Below are positions 10,747 to 24,560 of a DNA stretch of 64,000 nt, one piece after another. Positions within the stretch are counted from its first letter, which is position 1. Each line of letters starts with the position of its first letter. Below the pieces are notes generated by a model. It was not told the origin of the DNA. It saw nothing but the letters and a program-made list of their open reading frames with translations, and searched no databases. The position numbers were made by a program, and so were the translations under genes. This DNA is from Octopus bimaculoides (lineage: Eukaryota), in the NCBI RefSeq assembly GCF_001194135.2, contig NC_068982.1, positions 66,653,832 through 66,717,831 on the forward strand, read 5' to 3'.

Positions 10747-11236
10747 TAATCATAACTTTATTAATACTGGCTAATATGTGTGGTACAGTTTCAAATATTC
10801 AAAGTTGAAAGCCTAATTACCTCGGTTCACTAACTATTTAGAATAGGTTCACGTTTTCTACATTCATCCTTATATATCCTTCAAAAACTATAAAAAATTA
10901 CAGGTGACGTCATCTATCAAAATTACCCTTAAAAATGGGTGGGGAAACTGAAGAAAATATTTATATACACTTAATTTCCACTAAGTAAGCTCAGTTTATA
11001 AACAGTTACATTTAGATTTCCTCTCTCTATATGTATGTGGTTAACATACATACGTATGTATGTGGTTAACAAGCTCACTTTGCAACTACGTGGTTCTGGA
11101 TTCAGTCCTACTTTGGGAATAGAGCCCTCTACTACTCATCACAGGCTGACCAATGCCTTATGAATGAATTTGCTAGACGAAAACTATGTGAAAGTCCAGC
11201 GTGTTTCTTTGTGTGTGTGTGTGTGTGTGTGTGTGT

Positions 11237-11616
11237 NNNNNNNNNNNNNNNNNNNNNNNNNNNNNNNNNNNNNNNNNNNNNNNNNNNNNNNNNNNNNNNN
11301 NNNNNNNNNNNNNNNNNNNNNNNNNNNNNNNNNNNNNNNNNNNNNNNNNNNNNNNNNNNNNNNNNNNNNNNNNNNNNNNNNNNNNNNNNNNNNNNNNNNN
11401 NNNNNNNNNNNNNNNNNNNNNNNNNNNNNNNNNNNNNNNNNNNNNNNNNNNNNNNNNNNNNNNNNNNNNNNNNNNNNNNNNNNNNNNNNNNNNNNNNNNN
11501 NNNNNNNNNNNNNNNNNNNNNNNNNNNNNNNNNNNNNNNNNNNNNNNNNNNNNNNNNNNNNNNNNNNNNNNNNNNNNNNNNNNNNNNNNNNNNNNNNNNN
11601 NNNNNNNNNNNNNNNN
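11237..11616. other. Assembly gap between (GT)n and (GA)n; other gaps at 25201-25347, 27151-27160, 28519-28974, 36299-36385, 49067-49076, 58223-58316, 59534-59543, 62886-62895
   Basis: Runs of N, mostly next to simple repeats. Confidence 0.98.
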
Positions 11617-11635
11617 GAGAGAGAGAGAGAGAGAG

Positions 11636-11703
11636 AAGAGAGAGAAAGGCAAGAGAGAGAAAGGCAAGAGAGAGAAAGGCAAGAGAGAGAAAGGCAAGAG
11701 AGA
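11636..11703. repeat. 15-bp minisatellite (GAGAGAAAGGCAAGA) x ~4
   Basis: Direct reading of the sequence. Confidence 0.9.
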
Positions 11704-14700
11704 GGGGCAAGATGACTTCGATAGGATTCGAACCCTGATCGCAGAAAAAGAAAGGCATTAAATAGTGACGATTTGTCGCTTTACCGCTTCACCCAATCCA
11801 CCGTCCTTGTTCCTCTAACAGCGCAAACATATCTCAGTGCATTATCGATTGCTCAAGTGGACGATTGCAAGATCAAGGAGCATCATGATAGCTTGTTCAA
11901 ATATTTGTAGTTGCCCCACAATGTTTGCTGCTATTAATTGCTCTGCCTCAGATTTTGTTAATTGACGAGAGCTGCCATAATGTTTATCGATTTTTTTGTT
12001 TCGTCTACAAAACAGAAGAACAGAACTCGTATTTGCATAAGTCGTAGAGAAGGGATATTCTACCAACGCCGAGTGTTTCACTTGACTGAAGGTGCTGAAC
12101 TCAAATCTTCAGAATAGTCTCGATAAGCCCAGAGAGAACCGTCTATCTAGATCAGTTGTAAATTCAATATTTCATCGCCAGTGTTATAATAAAATTAAAA
12201 TGGAACGCGACCGTATTTGAACACCGATATATTGAATTTGTTCCAATGAAGAATATGCAGGTCAGCTATTTATTTTTTAAAAAAATAAACCAGTTTTCTT
12301 TTCATTTTATCTAATGAGTCATTTTCGAATAAATACGATGTAATACAAGTGCCATAATACATAATGACAGCAGAGGCCACAACATAGTCAATACTATGAA
12401 GTTCATCCTTCTCTCAGCAACAACCAGGAGAAATCGAAAACATTGAACTGGCAATTGAAAATTTTCAGCTGCTGTACAGCGCACACTTCGTTATTCCATT
12501 ACCGTAGTACATATTTACAGCTAAGCTAGAGGAATCCTCGACGTGATCGCTCGACCTGCTAAAAGTAACATCCAAATCTCCATCAAATTACATTTTACCA
12601 ACTAAAGGAAGAACACTGGATAATGTTTATAATCTAACAAAAAAAGTTGTTAGAGAGAGAGGCTGATCATAAACTGAATGTCTTCGCTCATAATAGATCT
12701 GCTCGTTCAGAGCTGATCTGGAATTAAACAGCAATCCCGATACAGCTGGAAATGTGATGTCGACAGTTGAGTGTCTTGGCCATTAACACACCGCTAAGGA
12801 GACCACCACCAATTAAATGACTTCAGAATTTGGCTGGAACTATAGGACTATTTTAATTGATCTTCAGAGAAGGAAGAGCAAAGATGACTTCGGTGGGAAT
12901 CGCACCCTGAACGAAAAAAAGGTTTCAGCAAAATTTAAATATTCGTTATTTTCATATTGACACGTCAACTGTTATAAATGAAGAGTGTAATGTTAGCTGC
13001 CATTATATGCAAGTTAACGTGTCAACTGCACGAAAGAATAAGTGACCTGACAAATTAACAAGAAGCATCTACGTGGTCACTTGACTTACTAGAAATAACA
13101 ACCAAATCCTCAACTCAGTACAAACTCAGTACCGGACGGAGAAGCCTAGGAGTTTGCCTTCCTTCACTGGTCCCTCATGCCTACAGAGCAGAGCCAAAAG
13201 TGTCCCCACCACCAATAAAAGCGTTGCCTGCGCTTGGACTGATCTCCCCCAGCCCTCTTCCCTAGCTACACAGCTCACTTAACTCTTAAAAAGGATATTT
13301 TTAATACGGTTTACTGTTCCAAATATAAAAGACTCACTGACTGGGTATAAAGCACCTTTGATTACTGATCCGCTTGATCAAGATGTGGAGCTAAAGACTT
13401 TTTTTTTCTTTTTAGCAGAACGAACCCAGTCTCTAGTCGTTCATTTCCACTGCCTCTGATCACGCACAATATCTTCAGCAATTTACCACATGCATTTTTT
13501 AATGGGCCAATGAAAATGACATTCAATTCCTAGATGAACAATCACGATTTTTGTCTCATCACTGGCAATGTGCTTAGAGCATGGACAAAGCACAGGAATC
13601 TCTTTTCTCTCGTTTAACTGATAGTAAAGCAGTTAAGAAAAGGAAGTGAATAAATCGATGAGTGCTGAACAAACTGGATTAACCTGTAGTTAGGCGGTCC
13701 AACAACTACAGATAACATTTCCTTTCTATTGACAACAAATTGCTGTTTGAAATCGTAACAAGTAGCAATCGAAATGTCCTCAGGACTAATTTATGATAGA
13801 TTTATTATTTTGAAGATTCAACATTGACGAGTTCAAAATTCGTCCTTTCAACTTCGCCTTTTAGCTTTTCGATTCGACAAAATAAGTACCAATCGAGTAC
13901 TGGAGTCAATAGAATTGATTATACCTGTCTTCTAAATTCGAATGTTTTGTCCTTATGTTAGAAATCAATTTCTTTCGGTGACCTAAGAAACTGATAGAGT
14001 TTCGATTTCAAGAAGCAGTCATTTCATTTAAAAAAAAAAAAATTAAAATAAAATAAAAAATCGTTACGAGCCAACAATGGAAACTTTACGTGGCTGTTTG
14101 ACCAGCTAGCAATATCAACCAAATTTCCTTCAAACAACACTGTCATACAAGGCGTAAAACAAAGTTCCAGATAGCGCTAATAAATGTGGGGATCATGGGT
14201 TCGTGCAATGGTTAATCTTGGGCTAAACAACATACAGGCTTTGATATCTATGTAGAGTCAATAACTGCCAGAGATAACCAACTGAGGAATGTGCGAGCCA
14301 GTTAGTTGGAGGGTCAGTTTGCATTGGTACTGCATCCAAAACAAAGACGACTTTTAATAGTCCAATACAATAGAGTAGGTAGTAGAAGCAATTTACTAGT
14401 GACGAGTGATTCGTTAGTTGATAGGTGTGGGACTCAAATATTGAGTCTCGTTGGGAAAGCGTCGTTTTAAGATATATTTCTCAAGATAGGATTTATCACT
14501 AATAGATTAGGATAAAGTAATAGAATTGATGATTTGTCACAATTACTACAAATATAGCACACAAAGTCCTATACTTTAAACGGAACCTGTAGCATTTATT
14601 TCTATGGGAGGGGAATGGGTTCAGCGAATCGAAACCGCACTATTGATGCCATTTAATCGATAAGTTAATTTCGACAACTGAGGAGTTAAAAATCGTCAAA

Positions 14701-14712
14701 AGAAAAATTACC

Positions 14713-14761
<49 letters not shown>

Positions 14762-15109
14762 CATAGAACTCTGCCTATGGTGTAGCTATTAGCCGTTTTA
14801 GGTAACTGAATGAAATTAGAAAGGGTGTTCCATGATCAAATCTTACAAAGGTGAAAATTCGCAGCGACCAAGTTTGTACCTATGTTAGAAACCAATGCGT
14901 TTTGCATTACTACAAATTCACAACTATAGGTATAAAACAATATTCGACGAGCACTTATTTCATCGATTCCTGGAAGGATTAAAGGCTAAATCGACCTCAG
15001 CGGGATTTGAACGCAGAATGCACCTAAATGTTGTATGGTATTGCCCGAAGCGCTCACGATTTTGCAAGTCAACTATTGGAGTTAAATCCTCATGTTGTAC
15101 TCATCTATC

Positions 15110-15485
15110 TTACATTCTTTTACTAGTTTCAGTCATTTGACCTGCGGCCATGCTGGAGCACCGCCTTAAAGGGTTTTAGTGGAAGAAATCGATCCTAGGA
15201 CTTATTCTTTTATAAGCCTAATACTTATTCTACTTGTCTCTTTTGTCGAACCGCTAAGTTACGCGGACGTAAACACAACACCAGTTGTCAAGCGATGGTG
15301 GGGGACAAACACAGACACAAAGACAGACATACAGACAGACAGACACGGGGTGGGGCTTCTTTCAGTTTCTGTCTACCAAATTCACTCACAATGTTTTGGT
15401 TGGCCCGAGGCTACAGTAGAAGACACTAAAAGGGTACCATGCAGTAGGACGGAACACGGAACAATGTGATTAGGAAGCAAGCTTC
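15110..15485 (-). mobile_element. SINE family C; other copies at ~21160-21520(+), 34745-35075(+), 39790-39965(-), 40900-41265(+), 55545-55875(+), 59675-60080(-)
   Basis: Shared blocks caccttgggcaagtgtct, cgcttgacaac, acttagcggttcggcaaaag, gataGAATAAGTAC and ggcggtgctccagcatggccgcag. Confidence 0.8.
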
Positions 15486-16725
15486 TTGCTCTATCAGTGC
15501 TGATGTGGGTCTGAACAACGAAAGACTATCAGGCCGAAACTCTTATAAAAATATAATAAATATGTACTCTACTAAAAACTATAAAGTAATTCTTCAGCTT
15601 AATGTTAAATTGTTTTTATTAAAACTTGACCTAAAAATAAACATACATTGTGTGTGTGTGTGTGTGTGTGTGAGGTTGGGGAGTGGAAGAGAGAAAGAGA
15701 GAGAAACTTTAGCATTCAACTCATCATAAAGTTAATAGTTGAATTATCTTCAACACGAAAAGATCTAAACGATATTATATTAAAAACAGTATGGTGTCGC
15801 CGAAGACTGGGATTTTAGAATCCCTCGTGTCACATTCCTAGATAAAACAATAATCACCCGGCCACCAATCAAGTCCTACAATGGTAAACATTTTTTAAAG
15901 CCGAACTGACGATACTGTTAGATGGATGTTAATCTTATCACCCCTATTAAAATAACAAGCACTTTGTCCTTTTCACTCCTTTAAGAGTATTCAAAAAATC
16001 TTATATATGTCCGTTATAAATCTTGATAAAGAGCCAAACGCTCTGTAAGCGAATTTGTTTTTCTTTTCCCATGGAAAACTTAAGTGGCTGAAAGAATATC
16101 TGGTTAACCTTACACAAATTTCAAAGACACCGGAGTAAGAGAGATAGTGCACTACTAGATGAAATACTCTTCAATGCGAGTTCAAATCAGGCGAGGTTGC
16201 CTGTCTTTCATCTTTCCAAATATGAAAGTAAAATGCCAGTAATATAAGAGGGTCGATTAAATCAACTATAACTCCATACATGCTAACTTTGCATCACAAT
16301 GAAAAATATCAACTCTGTTTAACGATTTCAGATTGGAAAATAGCTGCAAATCTTACGTTACGACTCTAGCTTTGGACAATGTAGATATTCAAGACATTCA
16401 GAGTTGGAAATGAACGAAATGTAGCATTGATATAAATATTGCAAAAATATACATTGTAAAAAATGAGGTTAATATTTCTTTTCTTTTTCTTTGTTCTACA
16501 ACGCTTTTTGGTCGAGGAGTCTATTCATTCGATTTACCCGTATTTTAAAATACCTAAAAGAAAATGAACTTGAATTAATAAGACATTAATCCAGATGCGA
16601 TAATGTATCAAGCAATTCATTTACTGCTGCTCCAACCTCACCAATCTACATTATTAATTGTTTAAACCTAGGTCAGCCTAGATCAAGCAGACCTACGAAC
16701 AACGGTGTTTGTATGCTGCTCAAAG

Positions 16726-17100
16726 CTATCCTAAACAACAATACCCTGGATACTCTATATGATTTCTTTTTAAGACAATCGGAGTGAGGAAGTGACTTGG
16801 CTGCCATTTCTTATAGGTCGTGTGACCACATATAAACTTTGTTTTGTTCATTAGTAATTTTATATCTCGAAGTCCTGAGTCATCGCTGAAGGGTGACAAA
16901 GGTTTGACGAACAGATATAAACTAGGAACTCGATATCGATTTTCCGTTGCAGCCATTTCACTACACATGTCTATCATACTCTTGAGAAAAGTCACGAATG
17001 CCAGCAACCTCATTTCGTCAACCCTATAGTCTTACCATTGTCGATCAAGACAGACCATAGAACCATTCACAATGTTTTGATATTCTGACAACTTTTTTTT
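16726..17100 (-). mobile_element. Possible second piggyBac-like C-terminal relic
   Basis: FLKSMIDMCSEM..RYRVPSL..NKTKFICG loosely resembles the piggyBac C-terminal region. Weak match. Confidence 0.2.
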
Positions 17101-17682
17101 TTTACACTACGAAGACTAATTTCAGTCTAAGACAGGAAAGAATCAAGAGGCGTAGCAAAGAATGTGACAACCAAATTTCACGATCCAGCTTTCGGTGATG
17201 TGACAGTGCTGAAAATAATTTCTAACAAAGGCACACAACTTCATATTTGAGGTATGAATATAATCGATTAGCTCGATTTAGTATTCAACCTGTACCTGCT
17301 AACTTATTTGATCGAGCCCGGTAACATGGAAGTTTATCCTGCCGGAATTTGAACTCAGAACGTAAAGCTATGCAACAAATACTGCATATCTACCAATCCA
17401 TCCAACAGCACTACTAATATTTGCTTCTCTCATAAGCACGGGGCCTCAAATTTGGGGCTGAGGAGGTCAGTACTTGACTAGTATTACACTTCATTGACTC
17501 CAGAGAGATGAAAAGCAAAGTGGATATCGGCAGGATTTGAACTCGGAAGGTAAAGAATATGCAAAGCATTTTTTCCAACGCTTAAATCTATCTGTTAATT
17601 CACTGTCCGAAAACGCGTTAATAATGGTTTCTAATTTTAGGCACTAGGCCAGCAGTTTTTTGGGGTGATAGTACTTTATATT

Positions 17683-18067
17683 TGTTGTTGGCACTCCGTC
17701 GCTTACGACGTCGAGGGTTCCAGTTGATCCGATCGATGGAACAGCCTGCTCGTGAAATTAACGTGCAAGTGGCTGAGCACTCCACAGACACGTGTACCCT
17801 TAACGTAGTTCTCGAAGATATTCAGCGTGACACAATGTGACAAGGCTGACCCTTTGAATTACAGGCACAACAGAAACAAGGAGTAAGAGTGAGAGAAAGT
17901 TGTAATGAAAGAATACAGCAGGGTTCGCCACCATCCCCTGCCGGAGCCTCGTGGAGCTTTAGGTGTTTTCGCTCAATAAACACTCACAACGCCCAGTCTG
18001 GGAATCGAAACCGCGATCCTATGACCGCAAGTCCGCTGCCCTAAACACTGGGCCATTGTGCCTCCAC
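17683..18067 (-). mobile_element. SINE family A, full length with 10-bp TSD, nested in an older family B copy
   Basis: TSD ACTTTATATT at 17673-17682 and 18068-18077. Near-identical to 2793-3168. Confidence 0.92.
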
Positions 18068-20885
18068 ACTTTATATTATCGACCGCAAATAAATGAAAGG
18101 CAAATTGACCTTGACGGGATTTAAAGTCAGCACGAGACAAAGGTCGCAAAGCATTTACCCGATGCTTTAACCAATCTGTCATCATTGCTGCTAAAAACAC
18201 GAAGCATAAAATTTGGCAGAAAGGGGAGGTTTATTACATCGAACGCACTGCTTAACTAGTACTTGTTTCATCGACCCCGAAAGGATGAAAGGTAAAGTCG
18301 ACACCGGCAGAATTTGAACAAAACGGAAAGATGGGCGAAATGCTGGTAAACATTTTGCCCGGCGTACTAACGATTGTTAGGTCGCCGCCTCGACAGTACT
18401 AATAAATTAGCAAAGCAACAAATAAGGTAGCAGTGAATGCTCGTCAAACTGAGTCCACCAAAGTAGGAAGGATCTGAATTCATTAACAGAAAATGTTAAA
18501 AAAAAAGAAACTAATTTAAACCCTACGGAAAGGAAAAGGTAAATTATCATGAAACCAAAAATCTTCAGAAAGTCTTTTCAATCGTGTTTGAAATATTTAC
18601 TCTAAACATACGTCATCGTCGATGTCTATCATCATATGCATTTCACTCCGAACAGATACCAAGGAACTACATTAAAAATTTTTTATGGTTTAGATGATGA
18701 AATATTAACGATGAAAAATGGGCGTTCAGTCAGTATGTCGGTCCGGGGCTCAGTGAAGCCAAAAGGGTTTGTGGCTATTGTCTGTTGGGCCCTCCTAAAA
18801 ACAGTCCTATTGAAATTTAAGATGACGTACATTTCCTGGGGCCTGATAATTAAGATTACTCGTATCTTCTGAAGCCTAGTAAATAAGATGACCAACGTCT
18901 CCCGTATCTCTTGGATACTCAGAGAAAGACACCGCCAACGAACCATTTCAAGGTCTCCAAGACTGATGGCAGAAAGAAAGACTTATGAGATCTGGCCCAA
19001 AATGAAAATAACGCAAGCCAACATTTGCTCATTATAAATAGCCATAGGTAGGAATAAACCTCCCCATTTCGTGATTTTTTTTTCATTATCACTTCAAAAC
19101 CCAGCTATGTTTAACTGAGGACCTGTAGAATTAACGTCCATTATTGCTAGGAAATATACCCAAATATGTCGACGTAACATTGCTAAAAATAATTCTAATT
19201 TAGACACAAGGCCAGCAATTATGTTAGCCCACATGGGTAATAAAAAAAAAAAACAGACCCCAGTACTTGCCTAATACTTCTATTTTATTGATCCTAAAAG
19301 AATGAAAGGTAAAGTTGATTTCAGCGTGATTTGATCTCAGAACGTAAAGAGCCAGAAGAAATGTCGCAAGCATTTTGTCCAACGTCAAAGCTTCTACCAA
19401 AAAGACCCCGAAAGGATGAAAGGTAAAGTCGACCTCGGCCGAATCTGAGCTCACAGCGTAAAGACGGACGAAATGCTGCAAAGCATTTTGTTCGACGTGC
19501 TAACAATTCTGACTGCTCACCGCCTCAATAATAATAGTTTCAAGTTTTGGTACAAATCAGCAGTTTTAGAGAGAGGGTTTAGTCGATGACATCAGCCCTA
19601 GTATTCGGCTGCTGCTTATTTTTATCGATCCTGAAAGGGTAGGATACAAAACTGACCTCGGTGGTATTTCAGTTAGGAAACGCAGTGAACCAGAAGAAAT
19701 GCCACCAAGCATATTTTCCCGATGCTCGTCATTTTGATATTATTATTCTTAATATACTGGCAGAAAGCTATAACTTAAGTACTGTACGATTGGTTTGATT
19801 GGCCTAATTATATAACAGCTACCTGTACAAATTTAAAGTAGCGAATTGACAGAGTTATAAGAAAGTTGAATAGGGTGCCTTGTATTTTTCGCATCCCAAT
19901 AAAGTGGTGACTGTTCTCTCAAGTGTTGCGACCAACAGCAAGCATTAAGAATTTGAAAAACAGATGGAAATGTAGTTTCCATGGTTCGATCCGAAGATCG
20001 TCTGCCGCTACTACTTACATAAACTAACGAGGGAAGCATATACATGGTCGTTTGATTTGCTAGAAATAAAGTTTCTCTCATCACATCCAGTCACTATGAA
20101 AAGGCATTAGACGATGTGGCTCCAAATATCTCTTTAAAGATGGGCTGTTCACAGTTGGAATGCTTTATCAGGGTTACTCTGGGTCTAAACAGCAATAGTT
20201 ATTTATCGAACATGGAGGAATGGAAAGCAAAGCTTAGAAGTGGCGGAGTTTCAGTAAAAAATAAAAGGGTACAGACTATATAGCAGCAGGCATGGTCATG
20301 TAATTAAGTAGTTCGATTCTTGGAATTTGAACTCGGGAGCAGAAAGAAACGTATCTAAATATTGCATAGCATTCTCTTCCAACAACTATATTCTACGTTC
20401 GAATCTTGCCAAAGTCATCAAAATAAGTGCTTGTAAAATTCTAGGCAGAGTCAATTGACTAACTACATTTTTCTCTCCAGATTACGAATCCTTGTTCCAA
20501 TGTAAATTACAATTTCCTTGCAGCCATTTATAATTGTACGACGAGGTGAAGTAAGGTTAACTAAATTAATGAATACGACATCCACACTTAAAGCACTTTA
20601 AGTATTTAATTGGCAGATACAATAACTACCCTCTAATTAAACATGGCCACTAACACTAGCTTATAAAAGAGACAGACTTGGTTTCTTGAAATAGTGGGAG
20701 TTTAAAGATAGAGTCGGTCAAGTTTTCAATTGTGATTAATTACTGAAAATTAACACTCATTTCGACAAATATGGTGGAATATACAGTACCATCAATTGTA
20801 GATTATTAATTTCTTGGTTAAAATGATATAATACTACCTATTTTTTTTTAAGTACAGAATATTGATTGCAATATGGTGTGTTACG

Positions 20886-21100
20886 AGGCGGAGAGCTGGC
20901 AGAATCGTTAGCACACCGGGCCAAATGCTTGGCATTTCGTCCGTCTTTACATTCAGAGTTCAAATTCCACCGAGATCGACTTTGCTTTTCATCCTTTCGA
21001 GGTCGATAAAATGAATACTAGTTGAGTACTGGGGGCCGATGTAATCGACTACCCCACCCTGAACTTGCAGGCATTGTGCCAAAATTTGAAAGTTGAAATC
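20886..21100 (+). mobile_element. SINE family B; many copies, e.g. 18205-18390(-), 19190-19530(-), 23914-24140(+), 26830-27000(+), 43245-43440(-), 44032-44230(+), 46245-46442(-), 58320-58505(+)
   Basis: Head ggcggagagctggcagaatcgttag, B-box-like gagttcaaatt, and core gtcgactttgcctttcatcctttcggggtcgataa. Confidence 0.85.
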
Positions 21101-24100
21101 AATATGGTGCGTTACTGAGGGAAACCTATCTAATTTAAAATATACAACAGTATAGGTGTTGGCATGGTTGTGCGGTTAAGGAGTTTGCTTTGCAGCCATG
21201 TAGTTTCAGGTTCAGTTCCACTGTGCAGCACTTTGGACAAGTATCTTCTGTTATAGACACGTAAGTGAATTGGCAGACGGAAACTGCACGGAAGCTCATC
21301 ATGTGTTTATAAGTGCGTGGCTGTTTGTCTCTCTCAACTTGAAAACCTGTTAGTTTGTTTACATCCCTATGACTTAGCATTTAGGGTGGAGGGGTAAGAA
21401 TACCGATAGAATAAGTATCAGACCTCAAATAAGTAGTGGAATCGATTTCATCGAGCAATACCACCCTCACTACGTGGTGCCCCAGCATGGCCACGGTCCA
21501 ATGATCAGAGTATATACAAAACTGAGGACACTGACTTGGTTAACTTAAGAGCGAAAGATTGTTCCTGACTAAATATTTTTTTCCAATTTCAGTACAATGC
21601 CAGCAATTTTAAAAGCAACGGGAAATCCAATTACATCGACCTCGGTACTCAACTGCTATTTACGTTATCGACCCCGAAAGGATGAATGGCAAAGTCGACC
21701 TCAGCAGAATTTGAACTCAACGGAAAACGTCGGAATTAGAGAAGATAGTATTGATTCCTTACTTAGGAGCACAAATATATGGAAGAGATAAAGATTAGGC
21801 AATATCCAAGTCCTTTACATTTAATAGATTTGTTGCCAATAGTAAATTGCTCGCAGAGAAAGGTCCTCAGGAACTTAAGAAGGGTCATACTCACCAAATA
21901 TTAATACTGTATTTGATGGCATATAAGACGCACACTTTTCTTTCTAAAAAAAAAAAAAAAAAAAAATATCCCCAAATAAAATAAATAAATAAATCACCCC
22001 GGGTCTTCTATGCGAAGCTGAGCCTCCCCATAAGTTCTTCGGAATATGCGCTGCCGAAATTAGGTTGCGTCTCTTGCGCCAGCAAATACCGTATAAACAA
22101 TTTTAGTCAACGAACCACATCAATCGGGCCAAAATTGTAGAGTAAATTAGTCACCTTCCAACACAGAAGTTAAAAAAAAAACAACTTTCAACAGTAGGAA
22201 GAGGAGAGTGAACTCTGAATAACAATATCAAAATAGTGACTGCTGTATCAAGGCGTGTTTGATTACCTGTTGCGCTATGAAGGTGGACGTGATGTTGCCC
22301 ACATTGACATTCGACTACGTTTAAGACAAGCCCAGCAGTTAGTACCATAACTATATATACAGTCAGTAGAAATTGATAAAGAACGAAAACTAGGCCTCGT
22401 TTAAAACAAAGTATATAACAAGTTTATATAAAGTGGAATTAAATAACTTTATCGACAAGAGGCATACCTGTTCACCTCTTGTCTAACCGACCAATCACCT
22501 AGACTGTAACAAATACCTGTCGGAAGTTGTCACATGGTATAAAACAGGTGTGCTAATTTTTTCTTTTCTTCTTCTTGGTATTATAGTCCGTGTCCCACAT
22601 CCTGGTGTGAATGAGGTAGGTAAGCCAGCTATGCTATATTCTGCAATATCCTATTTATTTCTAAAGCAATTATATTGTTTTCATTGAAGTGTCATGAATT
22701 TTCTAGAAATATAATTTAATAATTTGTAAATAAGACCGAGTAATTTGGTTCATGGAAAACCTGTATATGTACCCGCCTATACCTGTATATTGTATTTTGT
22801 TGATCACGCCGGATGCACGAACCTTCTTAACATGGCGACTAAAGGCTTGCGTAAAAATGTTTTAACTTTTAATTCACCTTTCTGAAATGCAGCTGCTCTA
22901 GTCAATTATTTTGAATGACTTTTTCAGTATAACTTCTTGAACTTTTTAATGTCATCTACGAGTTTCTAAACAGCGTGTGAATAATTTAAATCAAGAAGTT
23001 TCTCTCTGCCGAGTGGTAATAATTCTTCTTAGTAGTTTGTAAATATTTCTAAGTTAAGTTTAAATGAACGACTGCATTCCGTGTATTTCTTACTAGTTTA
23101 TGAACAATTTACAGAATTTCATAGCACTATAAATCTGTCTTATGTTTATTTTTATCGTTGCTGCTGACGTTCAGCTCCCAAATGGCTCCTGGTCAGTGGG
23201 GCCTGTGATCAAAGATGTTTTCGCCACACCCTCTTGACCTTTTTTAAGGGTATATGAAGATACATTATCCAGTAGGGCCCCTTTCCCAACACGGTACAGG
23301 ATATGATAGTTTTGTGCAAATGACTGCTATTTCTAGCAAGTCCAGCAACCAGGTTAACACAACCTCGACGGGGCGTTATTTGTTTAGTTTTTATCTCAGA
23401 TTGAACAAGGCCGTCTCTCGCTCTTTTTAAAAGGCCTAGTTCACATTGATTTATTTGAAAATACAAAGCACAATCATAAAAATAGCGTGGTCGAATAAAA
23501 TGTAACAGAAGGTGATAAGATCTGCGAAACATAAAATCAACACTTGAAACGCTTGAGTAGTTTCTCAGACTGTGGGATACTGCGTATCTATATATAGTTG
23601 ACGCGCGGAAGTTTTAGAAACTACTTGTTACTTTTCGGACACAAGAGATTAGTTGGGTCAATGCATTCATTTATTTATGTTGTATTTTTTATTCCAATTA
23701 TGATTGTTATTAGAGAGAAGGATTGGTAGTATGGTTAGAGCATCGGTCTTGCAGTAATTCTTCTGCTTCTCTACGTTCTCAGTTCAAATCTCACCGAGGT
23801 CGTTTTGGCCTTTCATTCATGCGAGGGCCTAGTACTGGGGTCGATATAATCAGCGCCCCCATCCTTCATCTTAGAACTATTGTCTTTATGTCAAATGAGA
23901 AACGAATATTATCGGGCGGCGGATTGGCAGAATCGTTAGAACACCGGACAAAATGCCGTGCGATATTTTTTTCCGATTCTTTATGTACTGAGTTCAAATC
24001 CTGCCGAGGTCACTAATTACCTTTCGTCTTTTCGTGGTCGATAACATAAAGTACTAAGCGAGTGCGGGTTTGGGGGACAACGTTATCGAATAACTTCTCC

Positions 24101-24344
24101 CTTCAAAATTGTCAGCTTTGTCTCCTAAGAAATATTTTGAGGTCTAACGCGGGAGTCGAAGGACAGCGCTGTTTTTCGGACGCAAATACTCAATCGTTTT
24201 ATTGTATCATGTGGATGGATCATCATTTGTGTTTACATTCATACGCGATAGATATGTCATTGTTGAACCTTTTGGTTAGCGATGACTGAGCAGAGCTAGA
24301 ATCCAAAGCGTTCCAGTCATGCATTTCTCCACTTCCATTTCAGA

Positions 24345-24560
24345 TACGAGGGGTTGATGGAAAGTTCCTGGCTAAAGAAAATACAGGAGGATCAGTTAAT
24401 TATGATTGTATTGAATATATTCCCCTCTCAGATTCACATACTTATTGTAGCAGTCTTTCAGTTTTTCTAAACCCCATAAAAGAACTAGAAAGGTTGAGAC
24501 TCCAGCCAGGTCTTTCGCGACACCCTTAATGCCAGGAACTTTTCAACACCCACTCGAATA
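24345..24560. mobile_element. Tc1/mariner-type MITE (~215 bp)
   Basis: TA|CGAGGGGTTGATGGAAAGTTCCTGGC at the left. Imperfect inverted copy GCCAGGAACTTTTCAACACCCACTCG at the right. Confidence 0.65.

Noticed and set aside
11132-11761. Five long ORFs in the track
   Set aside because: They run through an N gap and microsatellites; artefacts.
22600-23250. Possible decayed transposase
   Set aside because: No diagnostic motif recovered in any frame read.
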